NCBI GenBank assembly: GCA_963422735.1
Contig: OY730476.1
Coordinates: 1,376,001-1,440,000 of the forward strand
Direction of reading: 5' to 3'
Source of the DNA: Candidatus Latescibacterota bacterium
GTDB taxonomy: Bacteria; Latescibacterota; UBA2968; UBA8231
DNA length: 64,000 nucleotides
How positions within the stretch are numbered: position 1 is the stretch's first letter; every line of letters starts with the position of its first letter. The position numbers and the translations under genes were made by a program. The notes below the pieces were generated by a model. That model did not search any database. It saw only the letters and a program-made list of their open reading frames with translations, and was not told the DNA's origin. Below are positions 20,291 through 29,702 of this stretch, piece after piece.

Positions 20291-20604
20291 CTGTCAATGG
20301 ATTCGATCGTCGAATAGTCTATCTAGGCCAATATGTATCGGGATCCGAGGTTTCATATCAGAATCTCCTGTAGGTCTCTAAATACTTGAAATCGGCAGAT
20401 TCCAAGCATGGAGCCGTACAGACTACTGGCAACCCGGCATCGTATGAATCGCCAAGTGTCAGCGAAGCGATCCTTGAGCGGGTCTAAAAAATTGTATTCT
20501 AACGGCGGAAAAAGTGAAAATGGGGATAAGTATTTATTTTTTAATGCCTTACGTTTATTTTTTCAGCGAGGAATTGGGGATAGAAGCAGGATGTAGTCTC
20601 TGAG

Positions 20605-20747
20605 AAGCGGTCTGAAAACCCCCGTTGGGCCGCGTTGAGCAGCGGGCGAGAGGCCCTAGAATGGAGCGTTTTTCGAGGACGAGAGGCCCTCGCTCCCAAG
20701 TTATTTTCTGCACGAAAGGGACAGCAGCCGGAGTTTTCAGACCGCTT
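20605..20747. mobile_element. MITE-like element (~145 bp)
   Basis: Perfect 15-bp terminal inverted repeat AAGCGGTCTGAAAAC / GTTTTCAGACCGCTT; non-coding interior. Confidence 0.6.
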
Positions 20748-21055
20748 TTGAGACAGGTACTGCCGGCGGCAACTTCATCTCAAATGTTGGATTGTTTATC
20801 ATCTTCCGGTTCGTCCTCCGACGAGCGGAATAGCAGGCTTCGCTTCAGGGGGTCGAATATATTGAGACGGTAAGAGCGTTTTCAAAAAAAATTTCGCGGC
20901 ACCGCAAAAAGTTTAGTTGTTGACCTTCACGTAAGTTGATTTACAGCCTTGACTCCAATGCCAATACGGGAGAGGTGTGAACCAAGTTTGGTGAATCTCA
21001 ATAAGGTTGTCGATCCTGCCGATCTCCTCGTCTTTGGCCTCGAGGAAGGTCACGC

Positions 21056-22336
21056 TCAGCGTTCCTCATCCTCCGATTTCTCCTCGTCCTTCTCCTCAAG
21101 CTGGCTGCGAATGACGCTTGGGTCTTCGGCGACGCGGTCGCCGCCGGCAAGGCCAGAGAGGATTTCAAAGCGAGTCGAGGTCTCAATACCGATGGCCAAT
21201 TCTACTTCGGCGAAAGCACTCAGCGGCAGGTGCAGTGCGCTGTCCGGACGCGTGCTGTCCGCAGCGGCGGCCAACGAATCCGGCGACTGGGCGATGTAGG
21301 CGACAAAGCGCTCGCGCACATCCGCGCCTCGCTCGTCTTCTCCGTCCTCATCGTCAAAAACCTCCAGCACCCGCTCAACCGGCAAGTACAACGCGCTGTC
21401 GCGTCGCGCAAAGAGAATGTCGATGTCGCAGGACATGCCCTGGCGCAGGCGCGGCGCGTGCTCGGTTATCTCGATCTCGGTATCAAAGGTGACGATGGTG
21501 CTGCCCTGCTTCTGCTGACCCACCGGCGCAATCCAGCGCACCCGGCCGCCATAGGTGGTGTCGGGATACGCATCCACGACAATGCTCACGGCTTGGCCGA
21601 CCTGCACCCGGCCAATGTCGATTTCCGCGATGTCGCCGCGCACGATCAGCTGGCTAGGGTCGCCGATCTGGAAAAGCACCGTCCCACCCGAATACGATGA
21701 CAGCCCAGAGGCCACCACCTCGCCGATTTCTACGTTGCGACGGATGACAATGCCGTCGATCGGGGCGAGGATATGCACCTCGTCAAGCGCGACTTGATCT
21801 TCCGAAAGCGGGGCGCGGTGTAGGTTGGCCTTGGCTTCAAGCATGTCGAGTTCGAGCTGAGCCAAGCGCAGGCTGGTGCGCGCTCGCGTCAGGCGCACCT
21901 CGGCTTCCTCAAACTGCTTGGCCGGCACCATCTTGCGGTCGAAGAGAGCCTTCTGGCGGGCGAAGTTGCGCTCCTCTTCCGCCAAGTTGATCTTGCCCTG
22001 TTCCACGCTCGAGCGCTTCTGATATAATTGCAGCGATTGATTGGGGTCTGGCTCGATGACGGCCATCAGCTCGCCCGTCTCAACCCACGCACCGGCCTCT
22101 ACGGGCAACTCGCGGATTTCGCCGGCAATGGTAGATTTGACCTCCACGGTGCGCACCAGTTCGATGCGGCCGGTTTCGGCCAGCTTATCGACGACCGAGC
22201 CCCGCTCGACGACCGCGGTGGGATAGGTCTCTTCGGTCTTTTCCTGCCGCAAGTTGAAATAGACCGCGGCTCCGACCGAGCCGGCCAAAAGCAAGAAGAC
22301 GAGGAGCTTCAAGAGGCTGCGTTTCTTGGTCGCCAC
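21056..22336 (-). CDS. Efflux membrane-fusion (MacA-like periplasmic adaptor) protein
   Basis: N-terminal TM, VKSTIAGEI..LPVEAG, coiled coil, ILAPIDGIVI, AEIDIGRVQVGQ, LRQGMS, EILSGLAGGDRV. Confidence 0.92.
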   Translation of the reverse strand: MATKKRSLLKLLVFLLLAGSVGAAVYFNLRQEKTEETYPTAVVERGSVVDKLAETGRIELVRTVEVKSTIAGEIRELPVEAGAWVETGELMAVIEPDPNQSLQLYQKRSSVEQGKINLAEEERNFARQKALFDRKMVPAKQFEEAEVRLTRARTSLRLAQLELDMLEAKANLHRAPLSEDQVALDEVHILAPIDGIVIRRNVEIGEVVASGLSSYSGGTVLFQIGDPSQLIVRGDIAEIDIGRVQVGQAVSIVVDAYPDTTYGGRVRWIAPVGQQKQGSTIVTFDTEIEITEHAPRLRQGMSCDIDILFARRDSALYLPVERVLEVFDDEDGEDERGADVRERFVAYIAQSPDSLAAAADSTRPDSALHLPLSAFAEVELAIGIETSTRFEILSGLAGGDRVAEDPSVIRSQLEEKDEEKSEDEER

Positions 22337-22337
22337 G

Positions 22338-23030
22338 TCAACCTCCGGGGCCGAGGGTGCTGAAGAATGCGCCGATGGCGAGAAAAATTAGAGTGATGGC
22401 CGCAACACTCACATAGGCGCGGCTGCGCTCTATCTGCCCGACGATAGACAAACCGAGGCCGGCGACGACGACCATCCAGACGGCAAAGGGATCGATAAAA
22501 CTCAATAAAGCTCCCGCGAAATTTTTTTGGGCCTCCTCGGGGAGGAACATTCCCAGCCCTATTTGCACCTTCATCGTCTCATTGGCCAAGACCAGCGGGG
22601 CCTTGACAATGTGCTGGAGAATGGAAATCAGCGACGTATAGGCTACTACGGCCAAGCAGTGACCATAGCCCAGTAGGCCGCCGAGTAATTTGCCTACCAA
22701 GAGGTAGATCGCAGCACCAATAAAGAGCATGACAAACGTCATAACCGGTGCGGCAATTAGCGTACTGAGCAGGATGGCGTCTGCAGTGCCTTCCATTTCA
22801 CCGCTTTGTTCTGCGGGCATCTGCTGCTTCACCTGCTCCATCGCCTCAGCCACGTAGATAGGCGAGGTTAAATACGTGGAGGCGAAGGTCACCGCCGCGA
22901 CTACAATGATCGGCACCAACCAGTCGGCAGCACTGCGCTGCTCTCTTACGGCCTCAAAGGTCTCGGATGGAGCGTAGAAGACGCGGAATATGCGGCCGAC
23001 GATGCTGATTTCTGCTTGGGGAGCTTCCAT
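22338..23030 (-). CDS. Yip1-domain membrane protein (YknW-like exporter accessory)
   Basis: VFYAPSETFEAV, five TM helices, IDPFAVW; CAGGAGG RBS; 1 bp upstream of the MFP. Confidence 0.85.
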   Translation of the reverse strand: MEAPQAEISIVGRIFRVFYAPSETFEAVREQRSAADWLVPIIVVAAVTFASTYLTSPIYVAEAMEQVKQQMPAEQSGEMEGTADAILLSTLIAAPVMTFVMLFIGAAIYLLVGKLLGGLLGYGHCLAVVAYTSLISILQHIVKAPLVLANETMKVQIGLGMFLPEEAQKNFAGALLSFIDPFAVWMVVVAGLGLSIVGQIERSRAYVSVAAITLIFLAIGAFFSTLGPGG

Positions 23031-23174
23031 GGCGGTTCCCTCCTGTTGGGTGAAAGCGAGTTCGGCAAGCAGAAGCTACTTGCCCGATACTCCGTCCATG
23101 AAAGCAAACTAACGATTGTCTAGCACAGTTCCAAACAAAGCTCCAACAGGGCAACCACAAAGATGGCCCACCTG

Positions 23175-24164
23175 CTACAACCACTGTAATAAGAAACGAG
23201 CCTGTGCCTCCTCTAGGCTTAGCAAGCCTTGTACGTACTCGCGGATGCGCTTCAGCATGGCCGCCGGGTCGTTGTACGCTCCCTTGAAGAACAAGTCGCT
23301 CGTCGTCTCCCAACGCCGGCCTATGTCCCCAAAGGCATCGGCCGCAGCCGACAGAGCACCCAAGCCGGTTGCCGCCGCTAGCCGCCGCAGGTTGTCGTCC
23401 AGCCGCCGCCGCTGCGGGCCGAGTAGGGCCATCTGGCTAAACACCTCCTGCATCCAAACGCGCAGGCTCTCTTCGTCCCGCCCAATCTGACGCTCCATCT
23501 CTTCGACAAAGCGCTGCGCGGCTGGCAGGCCCGTCTCTACCCGGCCGACCTTGTTGCCCGCGAGCATCTCCCGCACATCTTCCAAGAGTACCTGCCCCAT
23601 TTTTTCAACTGGATAGGGGTCGAGGCCCTCGGGTACCGCGTAGTCGTACACCACCAGCTCGGGCAACATCTCGGGCAAGCAAGACAGCGGAACCTTCCCC
23701 ACAAAGCCCTGCGGATTGACCAAGATCATCAGCACATCTGCTGCTTGATCGTACCCGGAGATGAGCATGGCTTCGCTCGCGCCGGGTGTGCGATTGTAGT
23801 AAAAGGCCGCATCGCTCACATCGCGTGCATCCACCCAAGCGAGCAACACCCGGTCGGCGGCAATCAACTCCTCAATCGCCTGCCACAGGTCGGCAAAATT
23901 ATCGCGGCGCACCTCGCGGCGCTCAATTCCGTAGAGATAGTACAGGTTGCGGTGGAGCAGCTCGTCGGCGGGCAGGCCGACTGGCATTCTCTCCTCGGCG
24001 TCAAAAAAGAACGACCAGCTCATCAAGGCCCCGTAGTACGCTCGCTCGTCGGCGAGCTGGGGGCTGTAGTATTGGAGCGCGGCCATAATAGTTTCCCCAG
24101 AGACGAACAACATGGGGCGCCCCTCGACTCGGTATAGATTAACAGGGCACAGTACCTTTTTCAC
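23175..24164 (-). CDS. BtrH-like / C39 papain-fold protein apparently lacking catalytic Cys and His
   Basis: AIEELIAADRVLLAWVD...FYY...MLISGYD and GLPAAQRF C-terminal helical domain as in BtrH_N/DUF4872; FVSGET where HCET is expected. Confidence 0.65.
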   Translation of the reverse strand: MKKVLCPVNLYRVEGRPMLFVSGETIMAALQYYSPQLADERAYYGALMSWSFFFDAEERMPVGLPADELLHRNLYYLYGIERREVRRDNFADLWQAIEELIAADRVLLAWVDARDVSDAAFYYNRTPGASEAMLISGYDQAADVLMILVNPQGFVGKVPLSCLPEMLPELVVYDYAVPEGLDPYPVEKMGQVLLEDVREMLAGNKVGRVETGLPAAQRFVEEMERQIGRDEESLRVWMQEVFSQMALLGPQRRRLDDNLRRLAAATGLGALSAAADAFGDIGRRWETTSDLFFKGAYNDPAAMLKRIREYVQGLLSLEEAQARFLLQWL

Positions 24165-24415
24165 GGTGTCCTCGGTCGGTTAGAGAGTCGTGACTCATTT
24201 TGCAATCATGGCAGCGAGGCGGGATCTTTCCGCGCCTGTCCTGCCCGAAGGCAAGGTGAAGCAGGCGCGAACAGGACGCATCTCCCTCGAAGAAGGAGAA
24301 CAGGAGGCCCCCGAAGGGGCCGGGCCGTGTCCAACATTCCTGCAGAATGCAGCGATGTCTCTACCTATTCGCCAAGGCGGAGGGAGCGACCCTTCGCCGG
24401 GTCTCGGCTATTGTA
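24165..24415 (-). promoter_or_regulatory. Putative promoter (-10 TACAAT) plus ~240 nt highly structured 5' leader
   Basis: TACAAT at 24410-24415 followed by five to six hairpins, two with GGCGAA-containing loops and three with UUCG loops. Confidence 0.55.
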
Positions 24416-24648
24416 TTAAGCAGATAACCCGACTAAGGCGGGATCTGCAAGGAATGCTGGACAGCCTGAAGATAGGGGGAGATGACCGCTGGCGACAAGG
24501 CAAACGGAAAAAATCCTTAACGGGTAACGGTGGCGTTACGTAGATTCCAAAATCGGCTACACTGGCAGACACCCGCACACACATCGGCCAAGGAGCAACC
24601 TCCGCCAGTTTTGTATCTTTTTTACGACATCTTTGTTTGGTAATGGTC

Positions 24649-24678
24649 AAAAAAAACCAGCCCCTTTGCGGGGCTGGT
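24649..24678 (-). terminator. Rho-independent terminator after DUF1854 gene
   Basis: ACCAGCCCC-GCAAA-GGGGCTGGT followed by a T8 run on the minus strand. Confidence 0.9.
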
Positions 24679-24704
24679 CGTCATGCTGTAACTGCGAGCG
24701 CTAG

Positions 24705-25235
24705 TCAGACGACCTGTTCAACCGCTGCCAAACTCTTCTTATCCAGTTCGCCGAGATGAGGAATTTCAAAGCGGTTGCCGTCCACGTCGGTGATCAGCAG
24801 CCGGTGGTCGCCGAGCCACTGGGCGTTTTCCGAGACGTTTTGGACGACGAACTCGCGCGGGCCGCGGTCGGTCTGCACGTCCCAATAAGAAGTGCCGTAT
24901 TCGTTGCGCACCGCGTTGACCCGCTGAATCACCGCCGTCAAATAGCGGCGGTCCAGCTCCTCCTCAATCAAGGCGCACGCCTCTCGATCGAGCTGTTTGA
25001 GGTCGTCGATCATACAGATCTCCTCGTCTTTGGCGTCGAGGAGACAAACATAGCGAGTCGGGTGGGAAAGCGGCGCGGCGCGGACCACCTTCACCTTCAG
25101 GTACGAGCGGTCGCCGTCGAGGGTCAAGCGCAAAATCCAAGCCGGCTCGCGGAAGAGGCGCAGCTTGCCAATTTCTACGTGCTCGGGGTGAGTCACGGAA
25201 ATCGGGGTGATCGATAGTTTTGCGTTATCTGTCAT
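24705..25235 (-). CDS. DUF1854 domain protein
   Basis: VVRAAPLSHP..YVCLLD..DEEI, ELDRRYL..VIQRV, WDVQTDRG.REF, LLITDVDGNRFEI. Confidence 0.88.
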   Translation of the reverse strand: MTDNAKLSITPISVTHPEHVEIGKLRLFREPAWILRLTLDGDRSYLKVKVVRAAPLSHPTRYVCLLDAKDEEICMIDDLKQLDREACALIEEELDRRYLTAVIQRVNAVRNEYGTSYWDVQTDRGPREFVVQNVSENAQWLGDHRLLITDVDGNRFEIPHLGELDKKSLAAVEQVV

Positions 25236-25249
25236 TGCGTCGTTCCTTG

Positions 25250-27460
25250 CTAGCCGCTGGTGGCCATGACCGCCGATGTCTCGTGTTGGGTCTTTACGAG
25301 ATTGTAAAAAATGCCCTCGCGCGCCATGAGTTCCTCGTGCGTGCCAATTTCGGCTATTTTGCCCTCGTCGAGGACCACGAGGCGATCCGCGCTGCGCAAG
25401 GTCGAGAGCCGGTGGGCAATGGCGAAGGTCGTGCGGCCTTTGACGAGCCGCTGAATCGCCTCTTGGATCTTTTTCTCGGTCGGCGTGTCGAGCGACGAAG
25501 TCGCCTCGTCTAAGATCAGGATCCTCGGATCGTGGAGAATGGCCCGCGCAATCGCGATGCGCTGCTTCTCGCCGCCGGCGAGTTTGTTGCCCTGCTCCCC
25601 GACGACCATGTCGTACCCGTCGGGCTGTTTGACGATGAACTCGTGGGCGTTGGCCGCACGGGCCGCACGCAAAATCTCGTCGAACGTGGCACCGGACTTG
25701 CCGTAAGCAATGTTTTCGGCAATCGTGCCATTGAACAAAAACGACTGCTGGGCAACCAAGCCGATCTGCGAGCGCAGGTCGCGCAGGCAAATTTTGCGGA
25801 TATCGACCCCATCAATGGCGAGGCGGCCGAGCGAGACATCGTAAAAGCGCGTGATTAGGTTGATCAGCGTACTCTTGCCCGCCCCAGACTTGCCCACCAA
25901 GCCGATCATCTCGCCCGGTTGCACCACTAAGTCGATGTCGCGCAGGACGACCTTGCCCGGGTCGTAGCCAAAAGCCGCGCCTTCAAAGGCTACTTGGCCC
26001 TTAAGCGCGGGAGCGCGCTGGGCACTGGGATTGTCGAAAGGCTCGGAGGGCGCATCGACGATTTCAAAGATGCGCTCGGCACCGGCAAAGGCCCGCACCA
26101 TGAAGCTATAGAAGTCGCCAAACCACTTGAGCGGGTGGTAGAGCATCCACAGATAGGCGATAAAGGCCATCAGCTCACCCAGCGACAGGTCGCCACCAAC
26201 GATCTGCTGACCGCCGAAATACCACACGAAGAACCCGCCAAAGCTCATAAAAAAGTTGGTCACCATGAAGAAGACTAACCAAGAGCGCTCTGCGCTGACG
26301 CTGATTTGGCGCAAGGCGTGGTTGCGCTGATCAAAGCGCTCGGACTCGCGGTGCTCTTGCGCAAAAGCCTTGACAACGCGGATGCCGGCGATCGACTCGT
26401 TGAGATGAGTAGTAAGCCGCGACCAGCGCGCCGACCAACGGCCCCAGAAGCGCTGGAGGCGATTCCAGATGAGGCTTGAGCCAATGACAATCGGCGGCAC
26501 CGGGGCCAGCACGTAGAGGGTCAGCTCCCAGTTCATGTAGAACAGCAGCCCCAGGATGCCGACGATCATCGCGGCATTAGAGACGATGTAGGGCATGTCA
26601 AAGAGCAGATAGTCTTCGACCATCTCCGAGTCGTTGTTCATGCGGGAGATCAAGGCACCAACCTTGCGCTTGTCGTAAAAGCGCAGGGGCAGGTACTGGA
26701 GTGCCTTGAACAAGTCCGTGCGCAAGTGCTCGATGGCGCGGAAGCCGACCCGAGTGTTGAGCCAGCGGCGGACCACACCGACGCCCCACTCGACGACCCC
26801 AATCAAGAAAAGGCCGCCGACTAGCCAGTAGAGCAGGTTGGTAGCCGCGCCGGGGACGAGTACGTCGTCGATGAGATGCTTAATGATATAGGGCGGTGCC
26901 AACTCCAGAAGCGAGGAGAACACGGTCAAGCCTAGCAACGAGACTAGCTGGAGGCGATAGGGCAGCATGTAGCGGATCAGGCGCTTAAAGGTATCGAATT
27001 TGGCGATGCAGACCGGGCATATCCCGCCCACCTCGGGCAGCCGACGCTGGCATTGCTCGCAGTGCGTGTAGTCGAGCTCGTGAGGCAGGTTGAGATCTTG
27101 GCCCTCTTTAAGCTGTGCGATGCCCCCGGCGACCTCGGCGAATTTGGGCGCTAGTGAATTGGAGTAGTACAGATGCGTTGGTGCGCCCTCTTCGCGCTCC
27201 AGCTCCAAGCGCCCACCGCCGACTAGCGCCTCAATGCGGGCGGACTTGACCGACGACAGCGAAAATTCCACATCGCCGCCCGAGCCGTTCGGCTCCAAGA
27301 CCATCAGGCGCTTCGACGTGACGACCAACCAGAGCTGCTCAAAGCGGTCCTCGCCGACCATATCCGTGGCGACTTGGATCAGGACTTGCTCCTCGCGGCC
27401 CTTGCGCGATTCGACTTTGGCTTCGACGGTGCGCGGTAGATTTTCCAAAAAGGTGGACAT
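25250..27460 (-). CDS. ABC transporter permease/ATP-binding half with N-terminal PH-like domain and CxxC..CPxC (degenerate signature LAGGE)
   Basis: GKSGAGKST, LAGGEKQR, ILDEATSSLD, IAHRL; CEQC...CPVC. Confidence 0.92.
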   Translation of the reverse strand: MSTFLENLPRTVEAKVESRKGREEQVLIQVATDMVGEDRFEQLWLVVTSKRLMVLEPNGSGGDVEFSLSSVKSARIEALVGGGRLELEREEGAPTHLYYSNSLAPKFAEVAGGIAQLKEGQDLNLPHELDYTHCEQCQRRLPEVGGICPVCIAKFDTFKRLIRYMLPYRLQLVSLLGLTVFSSLLELAPPYIIKHLIDDVLVPGAATNLLYWLVGGLFLIGVVEWGVGVVRRWLNTRVGFRAIEHLRTDLFKALQYLPLRFYDKRKVGALISRMNNDSEMVEDYLLFDMPYIVSNAAMIVGILGLLFYMNWELTLYVLAPVPPIVIGSSLIWNRLQRFWGRWSARWSRLTTHLNESIAGIRVVKAFAQEHRESERFDQRNHALRQISVSAERSWLVFFMVTNFFMSFGGFFVWYFGGQQIVGGDLSLGELMAFIAYLWMLYHPLKWFGDFYSFMVRAFAGAERIFEIVDAPSEPFDNPSAQRAPALKGQVAFEGAAFGYDPGKVVLRDIDLVVQPGEMIGLVGKSGAGKSTLINLITRFYDVSLGRLAIDGVDIRKICLRDLRSQIGLVAQQSFLFNGTIAENIAYGKSGATFDEILRAARAANAHEFIVKQPDGYDMVVGEQGNKLAGGEKQRIAIARAILHDPRILILDEATSSLDTPTEKKIQEAIQRLVKGRTTFAIAHRLSTLRSADRLVVLDEGKIAEIGTHEELMAREGIFYNLVKTQHETSAVMATSG

Positions 27461-27467
27461 GGATGGT

Positions 27468-29702
27468 CTATTCCTTGATGGCGATGATCTCGGCCACCTG
27501 TTTTTGCAAATTGACCAACTCGTAAAAGGTCCCCTGTTTCTCCAGAAGCTCTGCGTGCGTCCCCGCCTCGACGATGCGACCGTCGTCGAGGACCATCAGC
27601 CGGTCGGCATTGCGCAGAGTCGAAAGCCGGTGGGCAATTGCCACGGTGGTGCGACCCTCGATGAGCCGCTGAATCGCCTCCTGGATATGCAGCTCCGTCT
27701 CCACATCGACCGAGGCGGTGGCTTCGTCGAGGATTAACACGCGCGGGTTGTGGAGGATGGCGCGGGCAATGGAGACGCGCTGGCGCTCCCCCCCCGATAG
27801 CCCGGCCCCCTTTTCTCCGACTTGGGTCTCATAGCCATCGGGCTTGGCCATGATGAAGTTGTGGGCGTTGGCCGCACGAGCGGCCGCCATGATGTCCGCA
27901 AAGGAGGAGCCGGGCCGCCCGTAGCCGATGTTTTCGGCAATGGTACCGGAAAAAAGCACGGGCTCCTGCAGCACGATGCCGATTTGCGAGCGCAAGTCGC
28001 GTAAGGCGATGCGGCGAATGTCGATTCCGTCGATCTCAATGGACCCGTAGTCAACGTCGTAGAAGCGGGCGATTAGGTTGACGGTTGTCGTCTTGCCGAC
28101 CCCAGACTTACCCACGAGGCCAATCATCTCGCCCGGCTGGACGTCCAAGTCAAAATCCTTCAGCACCGGCTTGCTCTTGTCGTAGCCAAAGGTGACGCCC
28201 CGGAAGCGAATGCCTCCCTTCATCCGCAGCATTCGCTCCGCGGTCGGATCCTCGTATGCCTCGGGCCGGGTGTCGATGACCTCGAAGATGCGCTCGGCCC
28301 CGGCAAAAGCCCGCGACATCCAGGCATTGACTTGGCCGAACCACTCCAAGGGGCCGTAGAACAGCCACATATACGAGTAAAAGGCCAACAACGTGCCCAA
28401 GGTCATCTTGCCGCCGAGGACTTGCAGCCCGCCGAGGAGCCAGACGATCAAGACTCCCAAACCCGTCAAGAACGTGATGGTAGCGAAGAACACGCCGCGA
28501 TTTATCGCGGTCTTTTCGGCGACTTCGCGCAGCCTGCCATTGGGCTTGGCAAAGGCCGCTATTTCCCGGCCCTCTTGGGCAAATGCCTTGACGACGCGGA
28601 TGCCGGTAAGCGTCTCCACTGTGCGCTCGGTCAGGCCAGACCAGACCTCGCCCCACTTAACGAAAAACCCGCGCAGCCGCTTCCAAAAAATCACCCCCCA
28701 CAGCATGATCAGCGGAACGGGCACCAACACGTACAGGCTCAACGACCAACTCATCCAGAACAAAAAGCCAAGTATGCCAAAGACCATCAGGCCGTTGATG
28801 ACGATATAGGGCAAGCCATCGACGAGGAAGTCCTGTAACATGCCGGCGTCGCGGGTGGCCCGTGAGATGAGGGAGCCGACCTTGCGCTTGTCGTAAAACT
28901 GCAAGGACAGCATTTCCAACCGGCGGTAGAGAAGCGAGCGAATATCCGCGGTGAGCTGCGCCCCGAGCCAAGTCGCAATCCAGCCGTGGGCCCATTCGGC
29001 GACCCAAGACAAGAAGCGGACGCCGACCAATCCGAGGACTAACAGGCCCAAGAGGTGGATGCGCTCGTCAAACCCCGTGGCGTGGCCCTCCACCGGGATC
29101 AACACTTCATCGACAATGCGCTTAGTAATTAGCGGTGGGACCAACTCCGCGGCCGTGGTGGCAATGGAGGCGAAGGCCAAGATGCCCGCTTTGAGCTTGT
29201 ACGGGCCGAGATAGCTAGCGATGCGCTTGAGGGTCGCCAGTTTTTTGATACACGCCGGACAGATGCCGTTTTTCTCTGGCAAGAGCTGATGACAGCGCCC
29301 GCAGCGGGTCCGGTCCAAGTGCCCATTGACGACCAACGGCTGGCCTTGGCGCAGCTGCTCCAAGCCCCGCGCCACCTCGGACATCTTGTCGGCCTCCGAG
29401 TTAGTGTAGCCCAGCGACAAAGCCGGCCCATCCACGCGCTCGATCGCCAATTTACCGCCGCCGACGAGTGCGTCGGTGCGCACCTCGGCCAGCGAGGCGA
29501 GTGGGATATCGACGATCTCACCCTGAGCGGGCACGACGAGGACCCGACGCGGAGTGGCCACCAGCCACTGGTGGCCAAAGCGGCCGTCGGCGGCCAAATC
29601 CGTAGAGGCGCGGATTAGCACCTCCTCCTCAGCGGGTAAGGCGGCGGCAATCCGCGCATCGGCGGTCGCGTCGGCTGGCTCTAGCAGTTTTTGCATGCTC
29701 AT
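27468..29702 (-). CDS. ABC transporter permease/ATP-binding half with N-terminal PH-like domain and CxxC..CPxC
   Basis: GKSGVGKTT, LSGGERQR, ILDEATASVD, IAHRL; CGRC...CPAC; paralog of the neighbouring gene. Confidence 0.92.
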   Translation of the reverse strand: MSMQKLLEPADATADARIAAALPAEEEVLIRASTDLAADGRFGHQWLVATPRRVLVVPAQGEIVDIPLASLAEVRTDALVGGGKLAIERVDGPALSLGYTNSEADKMSEVARGLEQLRQGQPLVVNGHLDRTRCGRCHQLLPEKNGICPACIKKLATLKRIASYLGPYKLKAGILAFASIATTAAELVPPLITKRIVDEVLIPVEGHATGFDERIHLLGLLVLGLVGVRFLSWVAEWAHGWIATWLGAQLTADIRSLLYRRLEMLSLQFYDKRKVGSLISRATRDAGMLQDFLVDGLPYIVINGLMVFGILGFLFWMSWSLSLYVLVPVPLIMLWGVIFWKRLRGFFVKWGEVWSGLTERTVETLTGIRVVKAFAQEGREIAAFAKPNGRLREVAEKTAINRGVFFATITFLTGLGVLIVWLLGGLQVLGGKMTLGTLLAFYSYMWLFYGPLEWFGQVNAWMSRAFAGAERIFEVIDTRPEAYEDPTAERMLRMKGGIRFRGVTFGYDKSKPVLKDFDLDVQPGEMIGLVGKSGVGKTTTVNLIARFYDVDYGSIEIDGIDIRRIALRDLRSQIGIVLQEPVLFSGTIAENIGYGRPGSSFADIMAAARAANAHNFIMAKPDGYETQVGEKGAGLSGGERQRVSIARAILHNPRVLILDEATASVDVETELHIQEAIQRLIEGRTTVAIAHRLSTLRNADRLMVLDDGRIVEAGTHAELLEKQGTFYELVNLQKQVAEIIAIKE

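Noticed and set aside
24190-24543. Plus-strand 117-aa ORF or minus-strand leader/RiPP precursor peptides
   Set aside because: No properly spaced RBS and no precursor-like composition; the region is better explained as structured RNA.
24495-24545. c-di-GMP-I riboswitch (GGCAAAC)
   Set aside because: Lacks the GACGCAAAG segment and the P2 stem.
21004-25042. DGR template/variable repeat pair
   Set aside because: Only 43 bp, mismatches are not confined to adenines, and no reverse transcriptase is present.
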